A DNA stretch of 63,856 bases, filler included, from Octopus bimaculoides (taxonomy: Eukaryota), in the NCBI RefSeq assembly GCF_001194135.2. It is 5 parts of 4 records of this genome, joined end to end, with 100 filler letters (N's around TTAATTAATTAA, not from the genome) between each part and the next. Parts side by side here need not be neighbours in the genome. Positions count along the whole stretch, not along the records: positions 1 to 28,517 come from NC_068981.1; positions 28,618 to 48,727 come from NC_068984.1; 3 more parts are not named here. The stretch is one strand, 5' to 3'. Under the pieces are notes generated by a model. The model was given only the letters and a program-made list of their open reading frames with translations, searched no databases and was not told the origin of the DNA. Position numbers and translations under genes: made by a program. This document shows, piece after piece, positions 28,231 through 38,853 of this stretch. Every line of letters starts with the position of its first letter. Within the stretch, counting starts at the first letter, position 1.

Positions 28231-28517
28231 GTTCAGTAGTTTTATTTTTATAACGTGCTTTCACTTCACTACCGAGCGCAGCTCTGTGCGCCTTGGGTAT
28301 GTGCTGTGGTTTGCTGTGGTGCTCTTATGTTTACTGTATTGAAAGTGTTTTGCGTAGAATGTGTGCAGTACCCAGTAGTGCAATTTTCTGTATGTTATAT
28401 ATATTTGTAAGTCCTGGTGTTTTTGTTATGTATTTGTTTGAATATTTTTTTATTATACCTAAGGCACCTACTATGATAGGAATTGTTTCTGTTTTTAGAC
28501 TCCACATTCGAGTTATC
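28231..28517 (-). mobile_element. R4/Dong-like 3' end (intact 3' UTR, same subfamily as 22526)
   Basis: Near-identical to 22526-22796; truncated by a scaffold spacer. Confidence 0.85.
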
Positions 28518-28617
28518 NNNNNNNNNNNNNNNNNNNNNNNNNNNNNNNNNNNNNNNNNNNNTTAATTAATTAANNNNNNNNNNNNNNNNNNNNNNNNNNN
28601 NNNNNNNNNNNNNNNNN
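28518..28617. other. Artificial 100-bp scaffold spacer (44 N + TTAATTAATTAA + 44 N)
   Basis: Identical structure at 48728-48827, 58540-58639 and 62719-62818; the 12-mer gives stop codons in all six frames. Confidence 0.95.
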
Positions 28618-28671
<54 letters not shown>

Positions 28672-28743
28672 AATGATGATGATGGTGGTGGTGATGATGA
28701 TGATGATGATGATGATAATGATGATGATGACGATGATGTTGAC

Positions 28744-28784
<41 letters not shown>

Positions 28785-28794
28785 CGATGATGAC

Positions 28795-28850
<56 letters not shown>

Positions 28851-29270
28851 AGATGATGATGATGGTGATGATGATGATGATGATGAAGATGATGATGAAG
28901 TTGATGGTGGTGATAATGATGATGGTGGTGAGGATGATGATGGTGGTGGCGACGAGGAAAACGAGGACGATGACAACGTCGACGACGACAGCGACAACAA
29001 CGCCGATGTGATAATAACGATGATGATGGTGTTGTTGTTGTTGTTGTTGTTGTTGTTGTGGTGGTGGTGGTGATGATCATGACCATCGCGAAGGTGATCA
29101 TAACTCTGAAGTCAATGTGTGTTGCTGAAGGTAATATGATGCTAGTGATGGCGATTGTGATGATGCTGGAGGTGGCAGTAACAGTGATGGTAGTGATGGC
29201 GGTGATGGCGGTGATGATGACGCCAACAACGATGACGCTAATGATGCTGCTGCTGAGGATGAAACTGGCG
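28618..29270. repeat. (GAT)n microsatellite decaying into cryptically simple GAT/GGT/GTT triplet sequence
   Basis: Direct inspection; source of the poly-H/M/S/D ORFs. Confidence 0.95.
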
Positions 29271-29352
29271 ACTGACATTCCTTCAGAAGCCCGATATTTT
29301 GAATGACAACGTCCTGTCTTGCTATGTCATCCTTGCATTAACCATAACTATT

Positions 29353-30134
29353 ATTACCTCCGCCTTAGCGAAGGCAGAGGTATTGTCTTTAGTCGTGTTT
29401 GTTTGTTTGTTTGTCCGTGGACAAGATATCTCAAGAACCGCTGGATAGATTCGGATGAAACTTTCAGAGATGTTTGACCTCGTGACTGGCACGAACTAAT
29501 TAGATTTTGGGATCGATCCAGTATCGGACGAGGACTCTAGATTATTTCTCCTGTTTTGGGGTTTTTTCAGTTAATTTTTGAGAGCGATCGGGATTCATTT
29601 TTAGTATTCTCTTTTGTGAAAGCAGTCGAGTTTATTACCTCCACCTGAGCGAAAGCGGAAGTATTGTTTTCAGTCGTGTTTTTTTTGTTTTGTTTGTTTG
29701 TCCATGGACAAAATATCACAAGAACCGCNNNNNNNNNNNNNNNNNNNNNNNNNNNNNNNNNNNNNNNNNNNNNNNNNNNNNNNNNNNNNNNNNNNNNNNN
29801 NNNNNNNNNNNNNNNNNNNNNNNNNNNNNNNNNNNNNNNNNNNNNNNNNNNTGAATAGATTCGGATGAAACTTTCAGGGATGTTTGGCCTCGTGACTGGC
29901 ACGAACTGATTAGATTTTGGGATCGATCCAGTACCGGACGAGGATTCTGGATTATTTTTCCTGTTTTGTTTCAGTTAATTTTTGAGAGAGGTCGGGTTCA
30001 TTTTTAGTATTCTCATTTGTGAGAGCAGTCGAGTTTATTTCAGATATTCTCATTTTAAAAATCCTCTCTGGCTAATCGTTGAGAGGCATTTGTGTTGCTT
30101 TGGCGAAGGTTTGCACTCTCTGAGTGCTCTTGTT
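29353..30134 (+). mobile_element. Non-autonomous Helentron/DINE-1-like element with tandemly repeated 5' unit
   Basis: 5' ATTACCTCCGCC with adjacent palindrome (cctccgcc-ttagcgaa-ggcagagg), internal (GTTT)n, inverted sub-terminal copy GGCGAAGGT at 30102-30110, 3' hairpin GCACTC-tct-GAGTGC (30113-30127), T-rich end. A second unit restarts at 29634. Confidence 0.6.
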
Positions 30135-30182
30135 AAAGTTGTCATCACATCTCTCTAGTGTCTAGTCATTATGTCACTCAAA

Positions 30183-30570
30183 TAATGCGGCGAACTGGCA
30201 GAGTCGTTACCACACCGGTCAAAATGCTTAGCAGCATTTCCTCCATCTTTAAGTTCCGAGTTCAAATTCTACCGAGGTCAGCTTTGCCTTTCTTCCTCTC
30301 GGGATCGATGAAATAAGTACCAGTTATAGACTGGGGTCGATGTAATCGACTAAACCCCTCCTCAAAGTTTTAAACCATGTGTCTATAGTAGAAAGGATTA
30401 TGTAGCTCAAATATGGCGGCGAACTGGTAGAGTCATTATATCCCCGGCCAAAATGCTTAGCGGCATTTCGACCATCTTTACGTTCCGTGTTCAAATTCCG
30501 CCAAGGTCGGTTTTGCCTTTCATCCATGTGAGAACGATAAAATAAGTACCAGTTACGCACTGGTGTCAAA
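30183..30570 (+). mobile_element. Two tandem SINE family 2 copies
   Basis: Heads near 30186 and 30415, each with a GAGTTCAAATTC-like box and the aaataagtaccagtt core. Confidence 0.8.
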
Positions 30571-30577
30571 TGACTCC

Positions 30578-31009
30578 CTAGACTGGCTGAGAGAGCGATT
30601 TCAGGAGAGACTGATCAACAGGAAGTGTAACACTGAGTGGGTACCGCATCTACTGGATTTGAACCCCCCCCCCAGATTTTTATCTGTGGGGGTATCTCAA
30701 AGGATAATGTTTACCAGAACAACCCTAAAACGATTGAACTGAAGGCAGCAATCGCAGCAGAAATCAAGGAAATCCCCAAAGAGGAATGTGTTCGAGTAAT
30801 TGATAATTTTGCGCGAAGTATGCAAGTGTTTGCGCGATGTAAGCTATTTGGAGCATATTTTGAAAAGAACATGACTTTTATGCAATGGGAATGATCGAAC
30901 ACAGACCGAAGTTTAAGTCCAGCAAATTTCAAGAAATTTGCTGGACCTTTGTAGGATCTAATAAAATTTTTATGGGTTCTGTTTTTTTTGTGGGGGGGGG
31001 GACTCTGTA
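30578..31009 (+). mobile_element. Tc1/mariner transposase 3' remnant (maT/DDxD-like) with probable right end
   Basis: LDWLRERFQERLINRKCNTEWVPHLLDLNPPPDFYLWGYLK, frameshift, then DNVYQNNPKTIELKAAIAAEIKEIPKEECVRVIDNFAR, matching WPxxSPDLNPxD(F/Y)xLWGxLK. Ends in ...ggactctgTA. Confidence 0.8.
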
Positions 31010-32328
31010 ATTACCTTTTTGTAGTTCCTCTGAGACTATTAGAATGGAGAGAGAGAGAGAGAGAGGGGGGGAGAGAGAGAGGCATCTTCAAACGGGAAAC
31101 TTAGGCCTATTGAAGCAAAATGGATTTCCTTAAAGCTGTCCGAAGTTCCAACCGGGTTGCATTTTAAATCTACCAACGAAATAGGCCAGAGTGGGATTTG
31201 AACTCAGAAATATTAGGAACAAATACCGCAAGGTAATCGGGCTGACGTTTTTACAGATCCGTCATTCCGTCGCTCTAGGCTGGTACGTTTTTAACTCGAT
31301 CCCATTAGAAGGAAAGATAAAGTTGACCATAGCTGTATTTGAACTCAGAGCACCGTGTGTCAGAGTAAATACTCCGAGGCATTACATACGACACTCTAAA
31401 GACCTTGCCAATTCGCTGCCTGCACACAAATCTTGCAATATCACATTGGTGGACTATAAATAGATTATGGTAATATGCATTGTTGCTGGGTATAGCAACG
31501 TTAGGGTATATAAATGACAGGGGCAGTAGAAAATGTAAGGACATTGATAAGAAATATGAATGACGTTAAAGCAAAAACAAAACAAATTTTGCAAAGATTT
31601 TGACGGTTGTCAGATCGATAGAAGAATTTTCCAGGATGATAACTTGCTGTTTTTGCTTTCAGTGATATGCATGATATGCATGATGCCATTAACTGTAATG
31701 CCACGAATGGAAACAGAAGAGTGTATTGAGAGAGAAAGACACACACTATAAAATCAATCATTTTCTGTTTACTGACGATTTCAAACTGTTTGCAAAGAAC
31801 GGAAATCAAATATATTGTTTAGTACACGGGTTAACTGAAAAAAGGTTGCATAGCATGAAATTTGCGATTTAAAAACGTAGAGGGAATGTTAATACTGAAA
31901 AGATAAGAAATAATAAGTTGTCATAATGAAAGTAAAACAAAAAATGGTAAAAATCTTCAGATGCAAGTTTATTACAAAATATAGCTTTAAAGGTGTATAA
32001 ATACTTAGGAACGGTTTGGATGTGAAAGAGATAGATAACTTGGAGGGAAAACTTAGAAAGATGGATAGAAGACGATTGGTATTAGAGATTACGTCATGTT
32101 AGTTAATTGCAAAACAGAAAAAGAGAAAGACAGAGAGAGAGAGAGAAAGAGAAGAGAGAGAGAGAGAGAAAGTGAGAGAGAAAACAAAGTTCGTTTTGCA
32201 ACCACGTGTTTTCAGGTTCAGTCTCACTGAACCGCAGCTTGGGCATTGTTTCATGCCGCAAGTAGACCAATGTTTCTTGAAAGACTTTACTATACGCAGA
32301 CTATATGAAAGCCTGTCACTCGCTCTCT

Positions 32329-32370
<42 letters not shown>

Positions 32371-33292
32371 CACACACACTCATACACATATACAAATACA
32401 CACACATATATGTATCATTACTTGTGTGTATGTATGTGTGTGTGTGTGTGCGNNNNNNNNNNNNNNNNNNNNNNNNNNNNNNNNNNNNNNNNNNNNNNNN
32501 NNNNNNNNNNNNNNNNNNNNNNNNNNNNNNNNNNNNNNNNNNNNNNNNNNNNNNNNNNNNNNNNNNNNNNNNNNNNNNNNNNNNNNNNNNNNNNNNNNNN
32601 NNNNNNNNNNNNNNNNNACAAAAAAAACCCTTCAAGGCAGTATCCCAACACTATTAGTACAAAAAAAACCCTTCAAGGCAGTATCCCAACACTATTAGTA
32701 CATAGATCTCATCTGCCGTTGTTCAGGTCGGTCAGCTCCAGCTGAACAGACCCCTGATGAGAGGCATCCATATTGTGTACCATCTTATTATTGTTTTACA
32801 AATAAAGCTTATTTAATACTACATTATTTAACTCAGCGTATCTGTCTTACTGTAAGGTAGTAATTTGTGAGTTGACGAATAATTGACTGCTATTTCTAGC
32901 TGGCTGATTGACCTCATTGAGAGACTCTTTCCTTTAGCCGAAGGTGATAACTGTTTTGAGATCCAGTAAATGAATCTTTCAGTAAATAAGAGAATAGATT
33001 AATGCGTAAAGATGCTAATATAATGGAAATTTTATAGCATATAATTAGCAGATAATGAAGCTATAAAATAGATAGATATAGAAATTTATTAATATTTCGG
33101 AAACTAACACAGAAGCGATATTTATAGAGGGTATTAGTGGCTGAATTTAAGATAAATAGATGAAAAAAGATTCTGGTCATTAACACATGAGCCATAAATA
33201 AAATGTGGAGTAGTTTTAACTGGAAAACTTAAACACACATACATACATACATATATGTGTGTATGCGTATATATATATATATATATAAATAT

Positions 33293-33500
33293 ATTCTTTT
33301 ATTCTTTTACTTGTTCCAGTCATTTGGCTGTGGCCATGCTGGAGCATCGCCTTTAGTCGAACAAATCGACCCCAGGACTTATTCTTTGTAAGTCTAGTAC
33401 TTATTCTATCGGTTCTTTTGTCAAACTGCTAGGTTACGGGGATGTAAACACACCAACATCGGTGGTGGGGGGACAAACACAGACACACAAATATACATAT
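33293..33500 (-). mobile_element. SINE family 1, 3' half
   Basis: Reverse complement of the core/tail seen at 25660-25840. Confidence 0.8.
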
Positions 33501-33549
33501 ATGTATATGTATGTATATATATATATATATATATATACATATATATATA

Positions 33550-34110
33550 GGAGAATTCACGAAAAAACAACAGACGTAGACAGGTGGTGTAAAAACCAAA
33601 TGGATGTATTAGTATAACGCTCGGGAATAGAGAAAGTCTTTAACGTTTCGAGCCTACGCTCTTCAACAGACAGGAACACAGAAAGAAATAAGGAGAGAAA
33701 CAAGGAGAGAAAAAATGTGTAGTGGTCAGCGATCTATCATGGCGAATGCCGGACAGAAGGGTCACACAGGAGAGTTAAGAAAAAGGGGAGATAATAAAGA
33801 AGTGGTGAACCCAAGACGAGAAGCTGCGCGTGTGTGAGAGAATGCTGGTGATCTTAACGTATGCATGTGTGTATGTAGGTGTGAGGGTGTGAAAATGTGG
33901 GGATGGGAATTGGTCAGTGCTGGTGTGTGTGCGTGGTGGTGTGTTGTGATGTGATGTGTTGTGTGATATGGTATAGCGTGGTGTGATGTGTTGGGAGGTG
34001 GGGGAGGCGAGAGTGGGGAAAGCATGAGTGGGGGTAGAGGTAGGGGTGTATGGGTAGGCAGAGGTTGGGGGTAGGTTTCAAAGCCAAGGAAAGTTGTTGT
34101 ACCCAGAGAA
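33550..34110 (-). mobile_element. Penelope-like terminal fragment carrying a hammerhead-like motif
   Basis: 33550-33720 is homologous to 53445-53600; contains the HHR-like motif at 33638-33673. The PLE assignment is inferred from the HHR association. Confidence 0.45.
33638..33673 (-). ncRNA. Minimal type I hammerhead-like motif with variant core CUGUUGA
   Basis: cugu-CUGUUGA-A-GAGC(GUAG)GCUC-GAAAC-GUU-AAAG: perfect stem II, palindromic stem III (AACGUU), NUH triplet GUU, stem I with one mismatch. Confidence 0.55.
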
Positions 34111-35735
34111 CACAACGATATGGTGAATATTGCTGATATATCGAAAGGCTATCTGATCCATTATCAACTGTTTCATAAACAATCTCTAAGAGAAGAGAAT
34201 AGATTCAAAATGATCAATAAATGCTTTTCAAATAAGCGTTAGTTTGAATCTACAGCAGGTATTTGCCTGTATTTCAAAGCTAAACAAGTCGATTTTTCGT
34301 GGAATTCGTATTTATTGGAATAATCAACTTATTCTTTATGCACACATTTATGCATTCACTCACGTATTACATAACTACAGTTTATTTTTTGTTTATTTAT
34401 TAATTGAAATTTCGTCCTGTACTGACCTTCTGTTTTATATAAAGAATCCAGAGCAGAAGACGTCAGTGAGTTCATTTTTTCTCCCTACCGGAGCTGAATA
34501 ATGCTGTGCATAATATGCTTTGTATATTGAGTTCTAAACAACTAGTTATTAGTATTACTATGGCAAAGTAGAAGCAAATATATATATATATATATANNNN
34601 NNNNNNNNNNNNNNNNNNNNNNNNNNNNNNNNNNNNNNNNNNNNNNNNNNNNNNNNNNNNNNNNNNNNNNNNNNNNNNNNNNNNNNNNNNNNNNNNNNNN
34701 NNNNNNNNNNNNNNNNNNNNNNNNNNNNNNNNNNNNNNNNNNNNNNNNNNNNNNNNNNNNNNNNNNNNNNNNNNNNNNNNNNNNNNNNNNNNNNNNNNNN
34801 NNNNNNNNNNNNNNNNNNNNNNNNNNNNNNNNNNNNNNNNNNNNNNNNNNNNNNNNNNNNNNNNNNNNNNNNNNNNNNNNNNNNNNNNNNNNNNNNNNNN
34901 NNNNNNNNNNNNNNNNNNNNNNNNNNNNNNNNNNNNNNNNNNNNNNNNNNNNNNNNNNNNNNNNNNNNNNNNNNNNNNNNNNNNNNNNNNNNNNNNNNNN
35001 NNNNNNNNNNNNNNNNNNNNNNNNNNNNNNNNNNNNNNNNNNNNNNNNNNNNNNNNNNNNNNNNNNNNNNNNNNNNNNNNNNNNNNNNNNNNNNNNNNNN
35101 NNNNNNNNNNNNNNNNNNNNNNNNNNNNNTATATGCACGTGGGATAGGTATTTCGGAAGTCTGTAGATATTTTTGTTTTTTTTAATAATTTCTAGAGTGT
35201 AATTGGTTTAGAAGTAATTTTCTTAACGCTTGTCTAGTTCTGGTTCCCAGATGAAGAAATAATAGACGATCAGTCTTATCTATAGAAGTGAGTTTATGAA
35301 GAGAAACATCGTTCGGGTGGAATGAGTGGCTAGGAAGGTGAGCTCCGGCTAGAAAGTTCTAAAGAAATAAATCTGTTCTAGTAGATAATAAAGACAGTCT
35401 AGACTAGCGTCATGAGGATAATCCACACATTAAAAACGGTCAATAAGTCAGCTTTTATCGATCTGCTGGTTGATTTCTTTTTTCCTTCTGAAGATGATAT
35501 AGTATTGTTCTGATTGAAAGTGCTTCATTATATCAAATTTGACACCAGAGCTGTACAATTGTATAAAATTTTATGAAATGAAATACAACATGAATTCAAG
35601 ACAGTTTCGTTATGTGAAATATCTAATGCTAACCTTTATAAGATTACGATATAACTCGTGCTGCCTTAGAATAACATTAGAGTTATTTATAACACTATAA
35701 TATTGGGATTATATAAAATATTTTCTGTGATTATA

Positions 35736-35821
35736 GGCGCAGGCGTGGCTGTGTGGTACGAAATTTGCTTCCCAACCATATGATACCGGGTTCAATCCCA
35801 CTGCGTAGCACCTTGGACATC

Positions 35822-35856
<35 letters not shown>

Positions 35857-36120
35857 TGTATGTGTATGTGTGTGTGTATGTGTGTGTGTGTGTGTGCGTG
35901 CGTGTGAGTTTTCGTGTCAGTGTTTGATCCCCACTATCGCTTGACAACCGGTGGTGGTGTGTTTACGTACCCGTAACCTAAAATTTCGGCGAAACAAACA
36001 GATACGATAAGTACCAGTCTTTAAAATGTATTGGGGTCGATTCGTTCAACTAAAACCCTTCAAGGTGGTGCTCCAGCATGGCCACAATCTAATGGCTAAG
36101 AGAAGTAAACGGTGAAAGAT
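35736..36120 (+). mobile_element. SINE family 1, near complete
   Basis: ggcgcaggcgtggctgtgtggt head, internal TA/TG repeat, ggtgctccagcatggcc core. Confidence 0.85.
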
Positions 36121-36799
36121 TAAATCACATGTAATCTTACCATTGTACAATGGTATTGGGATTATAACGATGGATATTTTCAGAATGTTACAATATCAGT
36201 AACAGAGTGATTAGTCACATAAACTGCTGTAGAATAATTAGCCTTAAATCCAATATAATTTCTCTACAGCAACACTAGTTATATTTACGTGGTGTCCCCT
36301 AGCGGACAATTACTACAAGGGAGATAATCATTTCTTCATAATTGGCAGGGTTAGAGGTTCGAATCTGAAATTGAGGAATAAAAAGCATAGAAAATATATA
36401 TTTGTGTGTGTAAACATATTTAATGCTAACGATTATAAGATTGAAGTACAAGTGCTGCTTTAGTATAATAATGTTAGATATATTTATAATAGATTAATAT
36501 TAGGATTGTTTATAACATTTTCTGTGATTAAATCATATTTAATCCTACAATAGTAAAATGTTATCGCGATTATAACTACGAGTATATTTAGGATATTCCA
36601 AGATAAGCAACGAAGTGACTTGTCACGTAAACTGCTTAAGAACGTTTAATCATAATCCCCCCCACAAAAAAAAAAAATTGTTTACGGCAACACTAGTTAT
36701 ATTTACGTAGAGTCTCCTACTTGGCGGGATTTGGACTTTGAATTTGAAATTAAGCAATGAGGAAGATGTATGGTATATATGCTTTTATAAATTATTGCG

Positions 36800-37075
36800 A
36801 AGGTGCGTATCTAAGTGGTTAGTGCATTCGGCTTAAGATCATAAGGTCGTGAATTCGATATCTGACGGTGGGGTGTGACTTTGAGCAAGATACTCTATTT
36901 CACTCAGCTGACAAAAATGAGTAGTACCTGTAATTTAAAAGGCCAACCTTATCACATTCTGTGCCATGCTGAATTTCCCTGAGAACTACCTTAAGGGGTA
37001 CGGGTGTCTGAGGAGTGCTCAGCCACTTGCATGTTAATTTCCTGAGCAAGATATTCCATTGGTAGGATCAACTGT
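36800..37075 (+). mobile_element. tRNA-derived SINE (third family)
   Basis: A-box-like ctaagtggttag, B-box-like gtgaattcgat, followed by a ttgagcaag...cactc body; no acceptor stem. Confidence 0.55.
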
Positions 37076-37804
37076 CGTTGTAACATTTGAAGTGGCAGTT
37101 ATACATTATTACTTCCATATTACAAAGTACTTAAAATTTCTAGTCTTTGGTAATCGCACATAGCTCCATTTCGTTCTTTTTAGAAATCATCAGCATAAAA
37201 TAACCCGAATTATTAAAGGAAATATTCTATGAAGCAACACACATTTTTATAGATGGAAAATAATTTTAGTCTGAAAAAATTCATGGAAGGTGCGATATAT
37301 TGTAACCCAATAAATGTTAGCATTAAATGCTATAAATGTATGTAAAACATCGTTTAAAGACAGTTGAATATGCGAAAAAATAATTTGGTGCTAACGTTTA
37401 TAGGATTATGCAGGTACGCGGGTGTTTCAAAAATGCCTCATGGAGTGATGACCGTAGCCTACATGGTTGCGCAAGGCATAGCACTCGTTCAGCCACTCTG
37501 CTATGGATACGGCGAAGTCATCGGACTGCAGCATGGTGGATTGTGAAGAGGCAAAGGAGGAACTCAACTGAACCAACTTCTTACATTGAATCTGAGGGGA
37601 AGAATCCTGGAAGACCAACGGTCAGGATCGCCAAGCTCTATCAAGAGAATAACTACAACGCATCCATAGGGATGGTTTCCATGTTTGGGGAATCATAATG
37701 AAAGAATCATTATGACTGAAGCTGCCAGTTTAAATTCATTAATAGAATTGGATGGTAACAGAGAGTCACGGAAATTCCCCCAAGCAGTGAGACCGGATAT
37801 AAAT

Positions 37805-37986
37805 TACCGTTAAAGGATATATTTCAGTTATTTCATGGAATAACTAGGTATTTCATGAATTACCTGGCTGAATTATTATATAATAATAAGGTAATAATTT
37901 TATACACTTTAACTGATTTAGCCAGGTAATTCATGAAATACCCCTAGTTATTCCATGGTATAACTGAATTATATGCTTTAACGGTA
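37805..37986. mobile_element. 182-bp fold-back MITE with about 70-bp inverted arms
   Basis: Begins TACCGTTAAAG and ends CTTTAACGGTA; arms at 37805-37873 and 37915-37986 pair with only a few mismatches or indels. Confidence 0.75.
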
Positions 37987-38795
37987 GCATATATATACAC
38001 ACACACACACACACATATATATANNNNNNNNNNNNNNNNNNNNNNNNNNNNNNNNNNNNNNNNNNNNNNNNNNNNNNNNNNNNNNNNNNNNNNNNNNNNN
38101 NNNNNNNNNNNNNNNNNNNNNNNNNNNNNNNNNNNNNNNNNNNNNNNNNNNNNNNNNNNNNNNNNNNNNNNNNNNNNNNNNNNNNNNNNNNNNNNNNNNN
38201 NNNNNNNNNNNNNNNNNNNNNNNNNNNNNNNNNNNNNNNNNNNNNNNNNNNNNNNNNNNNNNNNNNNNNNNNNNNNNNNNNNNNNNNNNNNNNNNNNNNN
38301 NNNNNNNNNNNNNNNNNNNNNNNNNNNNNNNNNNNNNNNNNNNNNNNNNNNNNNNNNNNNNNNNNNNNNNNNNNNNNNNNNNNNNNNNNNNNNNNNNNNN
38401 NNNNNNNNNNNNNNNNNNNNNNNNNNNNNNNNNNNNNNNNNNNNNNNNNNNNNNNNNNNNNNNNNNNNNNNNNNNNNNNNNNNNNNNNNNNNNNNNNNNN
38501 NNNNNNNNNNNNNNNNNNNNNNNNNNNNNNNNNNNNNNNNNNNNNNNNNNNNNNNNNNNNNNNNNNNNNNNNNNNNNNNNNNNNNNNNNNNNNNNNNNNN
38601 NNNNNNNNNNNNNNNNNNNNNNNNNNNNNNNNNNNNNNNNNNNNNNNNNNNNNNNNNNNNNNATATATATAAATATATACATATATATATATGACGGGTT
38701 TCTTTCTGTTTCTGTTTGGGAGCCATACAGTGGGACTGAACCCAGAACCATATGGTTAGGAAGCAAATTTCTCAGCACAAAGCCACGTCTGTCTA

Positions 38796-38853
<58 letters not shown>

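Noticed and set aside
28562-29306. His/Met/Ser/Asp-rich ORFs
   Set aside because: (GAT)n-derived low-complexity sequence that starts at an artificial spacer.
32618-32700. About 41-bp tandem duplication (caaaaaaaacccttcaaggcagtatcccaacactattagta x2)
   Set aside because: Only two units, directly at a gap edge and within SINE-like sequence; not a CRISPR array and possibly an assembly artefact.
36800-36875. tRNA gene
   Set aside because: A/B-box-like motifs only; no acceptor stem, and it continues into a SINE body.
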